In this document: one piece after another, positions 25,857 through 39,015 of the stretch
Numbering within the stretch: position 1 is the first letter of the stretch
Layout of the letters: each line of letters opens with the position of its first letter
DNA from: Lingula anatina
Lineage: Eukaryota > Animalia > Brachiopoda
DNA length: 64,000 bases
Assembly: GCA_051362555.1 (NCBI GenBank)
Contig: CM120645.1
Location: 4,960,001-5,024,000, forward strand
Reading direction: 5' to 3'
Notes under the pieces: model-generated
Told to the model about the DNA's origin: nothing
What the model saw: only the letters and a program-made list of their open reading frames with translations
Databases searched by the model: none
Position numbers and translations under genes: made by a program

Positions 25857-28800
25857 ATGGAGAGGGAAATCTTTATCTTGTTCTTCTTCCTGCCCCTTCT
25901 CATTTGTTATTCATCAACCACAGACACTGGAATATGTCATAGTGAATACAAAAGAAGCGGGAATGTGGTGAGTACAAAAAAAAAAGAGAAAGGTTTGCTT
26001 TTGCTCTTAAGTGTTTGCTTTTGACGCTCAAATGGTTCTATATACAACACTAAGAAAGCATTCAAAACAGTGGATTACACAGCTGATGACTATAGTACTG
26101 ATGAATACATGTACATGTATATAGCTTTCAAATTGCTATTTCAGATCAGTGGTGTGCCTGCAGTTGAGATACAAGCTTGTGTTTTTCATCATTGCACAAC
26201 TACTACTTTCCTATCCACAGCAAACGGCTCATGTATGGTTAATTTTTTCCCCTTGCCTTAAATTGAACGAGTTGACATACATGGTTGTTGTACCCTGTAG
26301 CAGCGACAAACACTTTATCATTGACTGCACGATGAATAAGAGCTATCTTGAATTTAAAGATCACCGTCGATAGATTAAATCTTTCAGAGTTGTAAAATAT
26401 TTTATGGTCAGATTACAGACCTGCATGTAATCATTGTATAAAGTATAAAGTATATTTTCGAGCGCTGTATTACCTATTCCTGTTTTTCTTAACTTTCCTT
26501 ACAGGCACAGTGAATGGATATTTTTCTATTGAATCAAGCGACATACCGTTCAAAGTTTGTGCGGAAGGATATTACCTGGATACACTGAAATGCAACCCAG
26601 TTGAAAACATGACAACTTCCAATGTTACAATGGAAATCATGAAGTGCGAAAACATTTCTGCATCATCCGTTGCGCTTGAAAATATTCTTCCGGAAAATTG
26701 GGTAGCAGATAATCGCACGATCGTGGTTAAAGTTGCAGTTGCACAACTTGTCCTGGCATCGGGTGTCAACAAGCTCGGATGTGATGTTCCTCTTGAAAAT
26801 AATACACTAATCATACAAGTAACGGTTACACCAAAAGGTGGGTATTGTTTGCACTCACTGGCCAAAGTATGCAAAGTGCGAGATATTACGTGAAGTAAGA
26901 CTGATTAATAGAAATTTAGACTATCTGACATGATTTTAATTTGGCCCTACCCTCAACCAAGTCTCGCATGATTTTATTATAATTTGCAAAACCTAGGGCT
27001 ATCGCAGATGTCGCCTTTTGGGTTCATTCGTTATTATTTTTTCTTGGTGTAATGGTTTTTGTGACTAATTTGATTTTAAAAACGAGATTCATGTGAGATT
27101 CTGCTTTAATGTTATTGAAAAAAAGGACTTACATACATACAATTAAGTGTATCAGCGACCCTATATGTTATCGTAATGACTGTAAATTGGCAATATTCTG
27201 AGGATCGGGAAACAAAGCTGAACAAAGAGGACCTCTGCCATATACGCATACTAGTAGCCTCGCACCCTATTATTAAATCGGTCTTTCAATATATATTCGT
27301 CTATGTAATAGTTTTTGAGCTATAAACGTAAATAGATAAATATATAAATAAATGTGTAAATAAAAGGTGCAACCTCACGAGACTACCACCCGTGGAATGC
27401 TCAAAGGGTATTCTGTCTCTTTTTTTGGCTATTGTTCTGATTTGGTTTGAACGTTTTAAAATAAGAAACACATAGATATTAATTAAGCCTAAGAACCGTT
27501 TTCCATGTCTACAAACAACTAAAAATTGAGAATTGGCGCGGGGAAAAAACTGCAAATAACAGTCATCACGATTAAATAATTTTCAGCGCACCTTTCAAGG
27601 CGTTTATCTTATCTTTGAATTTTATTAATTTATTTATTTGTCAACCTTGCAGGGTGTCCGCTTGGTACCTATGGTCTTGACTGCAGCAATACATGTTCTT
27701 GTGAAAATAATGGCGCCTGTCACACTCTGTATGGAACGTGTGTTTGTCCTGATGGGTTCGAAGGAGAAAGATGCGAGGAGGAGAGGAAAGCGCCGAAAAC
27801 CGGTATTCCACATCACATCATATCTATTGTGTATACATGTACATGTAACTCCTCTATCCAAGCTCTTATACTTTGGGTTCCTCTATTTTTCATTTATTTC
27901 CCCGTCCTTATGGCTGTTCATAACTAGTATAGCAGTAGGTCTTTGTAATTGTCACCAAAATGTAGAAGTCGTCAATATTTCGCTGAGATATAGATTTCAA
28001 AAACATGCCACGGTTACATTAAGGGGCTCAATGCAAACCGGTTTGCTTTAGTTTTAACACAGATTAACTTTGGACTTTTTTTCATTTTCTAGCAAAGAGC
28101 ACTGATATGATAATGGGGCCGTCAATAGGTGGTGCCACCTTTTTGTTCATCGCATTGGTGGTGACCATACTAGTATTTGTCTGGAGAAGAATGAACCTAA
28201 ACTCAAGGGCAAATCTGCATGGGCAGATTTGTGACACATCCCATGAATTACATACAGACCACATTGAAGAAGAAGACTATGAATCACTCACGACTGTAGA
28301 CAGAGCTAACACACACCCTTACAAACGGGTTCAAAGACCGTTACCCTCAGTACCAAACCAAAACGGCTTAAATCTTACTCTGAGTGATGATGATTTAGTT
28401 TTAATAAAGGGGGACTATCTTACCACCTTGCCCAACCACCAAAAGAATGAATCCAATTTACCTGGTGGTGCAAGTCAGCCTGCAAACATGGTTCCGTCTT
28501 GTGAGGATCCCCCTACCGGAAGTGGGGATGATGCTAAAATAACCAACATCAGTTCAACAAATTCCTATATTCCTGAGAGTGAGGAGCCTGAAGACAATTC
28601 CAGTGCGTTTTCAAAACAACAAAGAAAATCCGCCTCTGTTATCTACTGTAACACAGCATTTTTGAAGCATTTAGACGAAGACTTCACATTAGGGCATGTT
28701 GAAAGACGCAAAGGATTGTTGGAATCTCCTCGTCCAAAGTGGAGGGATTCAAAAACATCCGCGGTAGCTGATATAAATTCTTATCTTTCCCTGTGCGAAG

Positions 28801-29297
28801 TGCCAGTGTCTCCATTTGAAAATATTTTGCTTTCCACAACTGAAAACTTACAGGACGTCTCCCCGCGTACGGGTGGTACCCGTAAAAGATATTCTTTTAA
28901 CAGAAATCAGCGAGCATCCAAGTCTGCAAATTATATTAAGCGACGTTTCTCCTTTCCACCTGATTGTGATTTTATCCAGAACGACGACGGGCGTAACAAC
29001 GCTGAATCTTTATTTTACCAAAACCAGTGTAAACCTAATGATGATTTTCTTAAAGAGGACAATGGTTTACATGTATATTACAACATGATCGAAACCGGAA
29101 GTGGATGTCGCCCTGATGATGAAGAGTACTGGTACGTTGGCAGTGGGATTCCTCGTCTCAATAGGGAGCCGACGTATTCATACATTAACGCTGGTCCAAA
29201 TATCATGAAAACTTTAGATTCCGAAGGCGAAGTTGAATATTCATATGCAAAATCAAGGTTATGGCCTGAGAAATCGCCGCATCTTGATGGAGTCTAG
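25857..29297 (+). CDS. Type I membrane protein with one laminin-type EGF repeat (MEGF10/SCARF-like module) and a long Tyr-rich cytoplasmic tail; 5 exons
   Basis: Exons 25857-25967, 26145-26232, 26505-26837, 27653-27802, 28093-29297, phase-compatible GT-AG. Signal peptide MEREIFILFFFLPLLICYS; EGF CPLGTYGLDCSNTCSCENNGACHTLYGTCVCPDGFEGERC; TM IGGATFLFIALVVTILVFVW-RR; AATAAA at 29336. Confidence 0.85.
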
Positions 29298-29467
29298 AAT
29301 GATTCTACATGTACCAGTGCCAGTATCTATCATTCAATAAAGGGACCAAGAAATAAATATCCTGATTTTGACATAGTATCTTGTCGTATCTTTAATTAAC
29401 AACTGCTGCTGGGAGTAATGAAGATGATTAAAATGTGTGATTAGAAACTATCCACATGCGTTAAATT

Positions 29468-29498
<31 letters not shown>

Positions 29499-30341
29499 TT
29501 AAATGAAAGAGAACCACATTTTATCGAAAAATGCCAGATTAATGTATATCCTTATACAAATTCAGATCTCGTAATGATAATATGTAATTAAATTGTTTAT
29601 ACCAACAAAAAACAGTCGCAATATTTTGATCTACGTTGGATATGTAATCAGAATACCGCAACTTTAAAGATGGATTAGAAATGGCGTAATTATTTTGTCT
29701 ATTTAAGGTTCTACTGTATGTAGTATTTTTGATAATGTTTACTCAATTTGTAATATTGTCAACAGGATTTAAGTTTAAATAATAATTATCTGATGTCGTT
29801 ATCCTTAAAGTAGATATTGCTTCGTTTGTCAATAGCCAGTTTCACATCTGCTGTATATAGCTCTCATCAAACTCTTCTACTTTTATATTTGTAAGGTCTT
29901 AATCTTTAAAATCCCCAAAACTTATTCCATAGAGGCCACACCAGCTTGTTTGTTACTTAACCTGTAGACTAGTTAAAAACTGAACACGGGTAGTAGGCAT
30001 GTGATCTGTAACTAATGCCAATTACGGAGATCCTACGCCAGAAATCTCGGCTTTGTGATTATTGAACAAGTTGTCAAGGATAAAAGTATTTCAGAAATTT
30101 GCTAACAGTTTTAAATCCTCCTTAAAGGCAATGCCTGGCTGGAATTGAATAAGAGCCCACGCCTAAAATAGCCTTGGAAAACTACTTCCTTGGCACAAAA
30201 ACATTTTCTTGTCATTCTTTGTCATCTCTAACGCACGTTTATATATATTCCACCAATTAAAACACAGCGCACATATAATAGTATGAATACTTACTTGGAT
30301 AGAATAGGTACATGTACGTCCTCCGAACTGCACCTCCTTGG

Positions 30342-30342
<1 letters not shown>

Positions 30343-30388
<46 letters not shown>
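30343..30388. repeat. (ATT)n microsatellite
   Basis: About 15 units; (AAT)n tracts also occur at 38909-38937 and 51006-51056. Confidence 0.9.
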
Positions 30389-30530
30389 GTGTTAATTAGA
30401 CAGTAATGCTAACTAGTATTTTTCTTCCATGATATTGAAATACTAGTGATTTTAATATCAGGTTTGTGATAAATAACCAAAATGTATGCTGGTAACTGAT
30501 TGTCAGATCATTGAAGAAAAAAAAAGAAGC

Positions 30531-33500
30531 TCAGCACTCCCTTGATCTTAAACGGTCTAATAACTCAATCATTCAGTCAAAGTACACACTTAACGAATAA
30601 TCAGTAGATTAAAATATTTTATTGAATAAATTTTATATAACAAAAGGCATTGTCTTGTCTTGGCTGCCAGTTGTAAAGAGCTCAAACACCATACAAAGGC
30701 ATTATGAACTTTTTTCTTTTTTTTCTGATTTTGCAAAATTAGTTTATTTTTATCAGCGTATTAGAAGGTGTCTAAATGTATTGCCCATTCCGATTTGGCC
30801 TCGTTTTCATTTGTCTCATGTAACGTTGAATTCGACCGCAGTTCGTTAATAACCCTTCTAAGGCGATCAGCTGGTGAGTGTAAAACCACGTGATCTTGTC
30901 TTGTCTCGACGCCATCTATTGGTGATATTTTACACAGAGAACCATTTAAGGATCCCACAATCCTTCGTAACCGCATGGAAGGTGACGCAACTGGGCGGGG
31001 ACTGCAACGGAAACAACAGATGCCATTTGATGTTAACAAATGTAGTATACAATTCAGTGACCCGTTTCACAAAGAAACTTTTGCCCGAAAATTAGTCCAA
31101 AATTTTACATCAAAGTTTTAGCCAACTAAGTACTTTGACTCAAGATAAACCAGTTGTGGAAAATCTTAATGAAAGTTTCAAAAAGTTTTCTTGTAACAGG
31201 AAATGTATACCACAGTTTATGCCTTATTTGGGTGAAAAAAATGGTCTTTCTTGATGACATTTTCCCCATTCCATTTTTTTTCAAATTTGATTTTGATTTT
31301 GACACATTATTTCTAGATTATCTCGTCACCAATGTTCTCGTATGAAATCTTAACTTTAAATCTTAACGTTAACTTTACCAGTTCATTTCTCTAAATTTTT
31401 TTATTCGGAAAAAACATTGTACATAGTAAGCATAATAAAAAAATAGTAAGTTAGAGCTGAAAATAGTAAATTAGTGCTAAATCAAACAGATAGGCCTACA
31501 TCAGTCCAAACTACTACTACTACAAAAAAAAAATAGTAACAAAAGATCATCCTTATCATTATCGAATAGTCACGCATGTATTTTGAAGAAACTCCCATAC
31601 AGGTAATTACAAACTGGACAGTGAAGATGGCAAATATGCAGACACTTAACACAAAGTCGGAGTAAAAACATAACTAGATTTCGAAGTTGACACCTTAACA
31701 GACATAAAACAATTAGAGAAACGGATAACGTTTTGATGCGTCTTGATTAGGTCTTGATTTGGTACGTATATGTATGGAGCGAACTTCACAAAAATACATT
31801 AAAAAGAGATATAATAATTCCTTATTTTTCCTTAAATAGGAGTCTGCATTTTTACAAAGCAGTGTCACTAAGGAAGCTTGCAATTATTTAAAAATACGTT
31901 TGGCACTTATGGAGGGAACGTCAACAAATTACAAAAAAAAAAAAAAAAATTCAATAGCTTTCATACAAGTAATCCAGTCAATTGCAAAACAGGGACGGAT
32001 CCAGAATTATTTGAAGTTGGGGGGGGGGGGGTCCTAGGACGCAAAGCCCTCAAGGACAGACACGGTAGAATATAAAAAGACACATTCAACGTCTATATAA
32101 TATAATATAATAATATTACTACTTAATATCTCCTTCCTCATCGATATCTGTTGAGAGGGAGCCCTCACTGGAACTCGATCTATAGATTTGATGCCTCCTT
32201 CTCATCAGTTCTTCCTGGTCCACAGGGGCTACTCTTTCATGGCAGGGAGAACATCTGTGTCTGAAAGTAGATAAGCAAAAATACTGTTGATGTCTTTGTT
32301 TGTTACTGGGAAAATCTATTAAATACATATATTGCTATTATAATCACAGGCAGGAGTTCAGCGCCTTTCCAATAATAAAAGGAATTCTTCGAGAGGGGTG
32401 GGGGGTTAAAAAACTATTTAAGACATTTAGACTGTGATAAGGATATTCTTATTTTTAGAAGATATACCGACAAAAGTTAATTAAATTTCCTCCTCACTGG
32501 ATCTTAAAAATATCTTGTTCTCATTTACATTTCAGATGAAAAATGTTCAATTGAAAATGGTAGGCCTATATCTTTGCACAAAGTGGGTATTAGAACGGAA
32601 ACTACATGTATTTTCGACTTCAAAACATGCTCTCACCATCTCAACTACGACTCTTTCAACAAAATAACGAAAAAAGGGTTAAAATATAAAGAATAATATT
32701 CCCCACTTGTGTAAATCTTTTGTAACGACTGGGGCCGTGAACTTGAAACGAATGCGCCCCCCCCCCCCCTCACTGAGTGAATCTCATTACAGATATATTC
32801 CAATAATATGATAGTAGAAGGGACAAAGGATTTCGTTGTCGAAACGGAAAAAAGCATACTTTTTTAAAAAGATGATGATCCCTATGATTGCAATCACCAC
32901 AATTATTGGAACAGTCACAGCCACGACCATAGCTGGACTTTCTGTTGTCGTCAATACTGTAGAGTTTAGAGAGTCGTTTGAGCAATAGCACGGACTAGCG
33001 TCTAAGATGGTAATGTTGGCAATATGCCTTTGCGATTCTGAATGTTTAGCTGTAAAAATACTCAGCAGCAGAGTCCCATTCATGACCGAATCACTTTGGG
33101 GGTAAGTGACGTAAAACGCAAGCGTGACGTTGCTGCCGTTTAGTTGCTGAAACTGGGGAAGAACGTGCACGTCACTTGGAGAGAACGAAGATGGCAACGC
33201 CCTTCTGAAATGGCAAAAATTAAAATGATAAAAATTAAACATAGATATAAATAATAAAACTGTAATAGATTATCTTCCTTCCTTAAAGGTTTTTTTGTAC
33301 GATTTACTTTTTTTTTCATCAGCACGCAAAAAGCAATGAAAATTTATTTTCCGAAAAATTTTTTCAAGAAGTATTTTCCTCCTTTCGCGAGAACTGAATC
33401 ACTGCCGACAAAAGAAACTGTAACAAATATCTCCATTGATATTCGGGGAATGCATTGCTCACTTATGAATACAGCAAACCGAGCAGGGTAAAAATCACAC

Positions 33501-33762
33501 ACACCTTGATCGTAACCTAAATCTCTCGCAGTCGTGATTCCTGCAATATGACATGCACATATCAACTGCGTAAATTTTGAACGAAGCAATTTTGCCAGAT
33601 GGGTCCTGAAATATATAAAATATTCAGTATTATGGGACTTTTCCTCTCTACTTCCCCCCCCCCCTCCATAAATGAATACATTTACAAATAATAATATATG
33701 CAATTTTGATTTATGTCTTGTTTTGACGAACAAAGTAACTATGAGTTTCAACTTCAAGAAAA

Positions 33763-33808
<46 letters not shown>

Positions 33809-36800
33809 AATGCTACCTGGTTAGATGTATCGATTTTGAAGTGGATGACAATGGCGTTCTTCAGCCCAATAAGATGGAAACTTGGATCTGGGGTCGTCCG
33901 CACACCACTGGAATTGCATGCAGTCGTACCTGGCATAAAAACACACATGTTACTGGTAATTGAGGTCCTTCTGTCAGAAGGAGAGGGGTAAGTACTTGCC
34001 AAATCAGTCACAGCGGTACTACTTTTGCCAGTGGAAGTAAAAATTACGGGAGTGGCACTGTCAACAGCAGGGGTGGATTGATAGTGGGTACTTCCGCTGG
34101 ATGAAACGACAGAAGGACTGGACGTCAACATCTCACGCGTCGTGGTCAGATCTGTAGTAGAAGTAATGGCGTTCTCATCTGAAATAAAATTAAATGCATC
34201 TCAAACAAAGGTTTAAATACTTCAATTGAAAAGTCCAATCATCGTTCAGGCAAGCTTAATTCCTCTGTCACAAATGACTCGACCCAGTTTTTATTGTGTG
34301 TTAAATAGCAGGCGCCATTTCAGGTAAAAATTTTAGACAAAAATGATTTATTATTGTTTTTTAAATAAACATGTGTAATGATATATAAGATTCTGTGTTA
34401 TGTCATCGTTAACAAACGTTACATGTTCCTAGTAACTCAGATGTTAATTTGAACAAATTATTTCAAAAACCACAGCTATTAAAAGCGACACCTACCGATA
34501 CACTCTCTGAGGTTAATTGCCCCAGTATGGGTGGTTGACGTTCCTGATGGACAACTGTGACAGATTGTTTGGCCGCGACTGTCTTGGTATGACCCACGAG
34601 AACATACGTCACATCGCGATGACGTCACATTAAAGTAGTGGCCTCGGTCACAAGGTTCTAAAGGACGGTGCATAAAAACGAAGACTGAGTCACTTTTCAG
34701 ATTGTATAATCTTGGCTATAATGATTTTGATTGATATCAAAGGAAATTCTGTATCTAAAATGTTTTACCAGGACCTTTTTCAAAATTTGTAAAATGTATT
34801 TTTTGCTAAATAATAAACAGAATGAATCTAGATCTATATATATCATCCCAATAAATTTTTCATGGCAATATCCTAGTGTGAGCATTAAAACTTTTGCTGA
34901 ATGTCCAGTTTATGTCTATGAAGTAAACTTACCACATGCCCATCCTGCTGTGTTAAGTACTGTTCCGGGGGGGCACTCTGGTTCAGTTATGTTATAATGA
35001 AAAACGATTTTCAGTCCTTCTGGTTGGCTTAAGCCATGGACTTTATCTATCAAAGTCAGTATTTTATCTTGAAACGACTCTGTCAGATTTGTACGGATTC
35101 TTGTCAACGTTAGGGTCGCCCCCATTCTCGCCGCCGTCTCGTTCGATGAAAAGTTGGCGCCGAGTTGAGTTAAAATATAAAAATGTATCTTAAGTTCACG
35201 ATTTGTGCAGTCAACTGACTTCACCTCGTAGCCACACCCCTCAGTATCAAGGCAGTGAAAATTATAAGTGTCCATTAATTGTACAAATTGGTCCTTGATG
35301 TATTTAAAGGCGGTGGAATTGTCTTCTTCGGGGCAGTTTTGTATTACGTACTGGAGCAGCATGGCCACCTTCATCGTAGCCTCGGTGTCTAGAATCACCA
35401 AATAAACAAGCTACCATGAATAAATAAGTCGAGCATATTTCTTGAAATTTGCTTGACCTTTGTAGGATTAAATAAAAATGTTATGGATTCCATTTCTTGT
35501 TATTCATTTGTTTGGAGGGGGGTCAAGCTTGTATACATTGGACAGGCAATTTATATCAGTGCCTTTAACACATGGTCAAAGAAAGTAACGAATTCTTTTC
35601 TGTATTTTATCTTTCCTTTTTTTAAGGGATAACGATTCATTTTGGCCACAGCTACTTTTTTCGAAAATTTCGAAAATTCAAAGAATGATGAACAATAACT
35701 ATGTTTATATTGTAAATGACGCCTTGTCAACACATCGTACTTTTTTTTCGTACCAAATCCCCCTGGGGGCGACGATTTGCCCATAACAAACACAGTAAGC
35801 TTAACCTTTGAACTAACGACAGCGCCCCCTCTGCAGAAGTATACCTTTATTTTCCTGGGCCAGGTATGTTACTAGAAAACAATAAAATATCTCAAATCTG
35901 CTAAAATCTGCTAAAGGGCATCCTCGAGCTACCGATATTAAGAGTAGAACTTACAGTAGCACCCATCAACGTCTGTGGTTCCTTCGGTAAAAGTGGACTT
36001 CCACGGTGGACACTGGACGCACTGCAACTGGCCTTTTTCCGGCTGATACTGACCAATGGCACAGGGTTGGCACCTTGAATTGGTCAGATTATGGAAACTA
36101 CCTTCTGGACAGAAATCTGAAAGTAGGAGTTTAGTGTAAGAATAAAAACAGTCGTCAGACTCGCGTTGTTTTATTTGTAAATAAACCAACACAACTCAAC
36201 AGGCGTTTCCTAATATGTCTTTGAAATAAGAAAATAGTAGGCCCTTGAACGCATGAGCGACGTATTTCCTTTTATTTAATTATTAAGATAATGACTATTA
36301 ATTTATAATATTTTTTTCTACAAAAACGGCGCCGACACAATTATGGCAAAAATTGGAGAGGATTGGAGATGAACACATATACATGTATATGTAATTTAAC
36401 TCTGATGACGCCACATAAAGTACTAACCGCATGTGACTGAAGTCACGTTGATGACTGATCCATTCGGACAGGTTGAATTTGACAGACTTACGACGGAGAA
36501 ATCTGCCAGCGACAGTGGGGATGCATGTACACCATATGTGAGATTTAACACACCATCTTGGAATGCAACTGACAAATTTTGCTTTGTGGACTCGAGAGTT
36601 GATTTAGCTGCAGTGACAGCGTCACTGTAATTTCCTCCGATGAGTTGCACATTTAGAGTAAAGTGTACACCAATATGATAACTGCAACTAGTTCTTCGTC
36701 TTCTTAATATTTTAGGTAGGTTTCCAGATGTCCATTTAGGAAACAAATAATGCCCAATGTTGATACCTTTGTGGGAAGTCTCTCCATTTTCTCTGTAATG

Positions 36801-37244
36801 TAGGGTTGAAGGCAAGTATTTCTTTCCTATCAAATATCTCCGTCTTTGTTTCGCATCCTTTATCATAATTTTAGTACTTCTTTTTCTTCGCCCATCTCCA
36901 TTTTGCCCTCCATTACAAGTTGCATTGACATACGTGTAGCTGCAGTTATGTTGGGTACAATTAGCGACCGTGTCCCACTTTGCCCCGTTCATCATTGTAT
37001 GGAACGAATGTTCCAGATCATCTGGTGACTCCGGACAAGAGTTCCTACAGTAAGTAGCTGTAACAGCCATTCTCATGGTTGGGCGCTCAGCGAGCACCTC
37101 TATGTAATAATAAAAAAGAAAAGTAAATGTATTAAAGTAATTGGAATGGCAGGAAGACTGAGAAGCCTTAATCTCTGTCTATATGCCTATCTAATCTATT
37201 GCTCAAAACAAAAACATTCAAGCTTGCTCTCACAATTTGATTAC

Positions 37245-37280
<36 letters not shown>

Positions 37281-39015
37281 ATCCGTTCAAAATGGCGTCT
37301 CTCGAAACTCTGCACTTTTTACTCTCATTACTTTTAACCACTATGTTTTCTCCGTGCCTAAAATGTTAACTAAACCATGTCCTACTTACCTCTACATATA
37401 AATATCAGCCACGTCAAGAGAAATCTGTACTGAATATTTTTTAAATTCGTCATATTTTGATAAAAAATAACCGTCTGTTGAGCTGTAGCTCAGCTGTGTT
37501 GTCGTCATTTCTCAATATAAACCGTTTTAGGTCAACTTCCTTGTAGATGGAGACAATGCGACCGCTATTATTTTTTCGGGTCAAAGGGTGTAGATTACGC
37601 TTTAGAAATGCGCCACTAGGGGCATTTTTTCATACGTCATAAGCAAAGATTTTTTCCTCCTTATTTGTCAGCAAACTTTATTGTACATAGAAGAAAAGTG
37701 GTTACTAACACTATATTGACCAAGGCAGTTGAATATAAGCTTAATTCGAACACAATAGGCTATGCTTGCAGAAAGATCGAGAGGGCGGTAAAATAGGTGA
37801 TACTTTTATGCCACCTGGTGCTGTTTACATAAAAACATATTTCGATAGTTTCAGAGGCATTTTCCCCTAAAAACCATCACAAGATCCTGGAACGTGCCCA
37901 CATGACTCGTATTTCTCCGCTTCTACAAACAAATCCTTTATCTTGAAATTGAAAGATACTTCTGGTTCATTTATTGCAACCAGCGATATATAACACAGGG
38001 AATAACTTTCTAAAATGTATCGCTATGAAAAGAAGGATTTACCTTTTACTAAATTTTCCCACAATTTGAAAATGTATACAAAATCGTGTATCGACTTGTA
38101 TAGTAAAAAAAGCTACAGCTTGAGTATACGGGCTTTGTATGTGATTAACATAAATTTCGACTATCCTAAATGTTTCATCTTTCAAACATGAAAATAGAAT
38201 CAGTTGTAAAGATTTCAAAAAATAGATGTCTTCAGAATAGAGAAGAGACACTCCAGGAAAACGAATCTTTAAGCGAATTTATCATACTTATTCAAGTTCA
38301 AGGTTAACTTTATATTTCAAATCATCTCGTTATAATCTCTCAAATTGAAGATTTTTTACCTACTCATTTGGTTTGATCTTTTTAAAGATTGTAAAGAATT
38401 TTAATGATGTTTTAATATAAATAAAACTAATATACTGCATACACATATTATTTTGACACACAAAAAAGAAAGTTTCATACATTTTGTGATCAATATCATC
38501 GACATTTATCATTTGATGATCTTTCCCCGGATCAATTTCAAATTCTTGATCCAATACAAGGGTTTGGGAAGTTCTCTATGTGATCTCATCAAAAATATAC
38601 TCGCTATAACTGTAAAGTATGTATTTACGGTAAAATTCCAGTCTAACATTTCCAATCAGAGACATATCCCTGTACAGCCGTGCAAATCTCAACATAGCAA
38701 AATATATGCTTTAAAATCTTGATTTTAGGCAAAAATAAATGAATAAATAAAAGAAACCTGGGCATCGATAGCATATGATCAAAATTAAGTAATTGGTGTC
38801 ATGACACTGTTTGTATTGACTCGAGCTAGCCGCCCACTATATTGTCCAATGTCATGCATCTTCACGGATCTTCCTTCCTCGAAAAAACAAAAAGCTGATT
38901 AAAAGTCAATATAATAATAATAATAATAATAATAATATCTTTTGGCACTCTTTAAGCACAAAATATCAAGAAGTAATACTTTTCGCAATACTGGTATACA
39001 AGTTGGTTGTCGGCA
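30531..39015. repeat. Tandem segmental duplication, unit A (about 8.5 kb)
   Basis: Starts TCAGCACTCCCTTGATCTTAAACGG and ends CTGGTATACAAGTTGGTTGTCGGCA; collinear with 39374-51134 across exons, introns and flanks. Confidence 0.95.
32119..37453 (-). CDS. Type I membrane glycoprotein, paralog A: SEA-like domains, two Ephrin_rec_like (GCC2/GCC3) Cys repeats, Ser/Thr stalk, TM, short tail; 9 exons
   Basis: Exons 37453-37390, 37099-36428, 36116-35955, 35388-34933, 34657-34496, 34178-33817, 33605-33517, 33204-32860, 32260-32119, phase-compatible with no stops. Signal MTNLKNIQYRFLLTWLIFIC; repeats CPEGSFHNLTNSRCQPCAIGQYQPEKGQLQCVQCP and CDRGHYFNVTSSRCDVCSRGSYQDSRGQTICHSCP; TM MVVAVTVPIIVVIAIIGIIIFL-KK. 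The SEA-like label is inference. Confidence 0.85.

Noticed and set aside
33344-33757. 137-aa ORF and its counterpart at 41677-41892
   Set aside because: Different frame from the real 89-nt exon and runs through intron sequence; similarity comes from the duplication.
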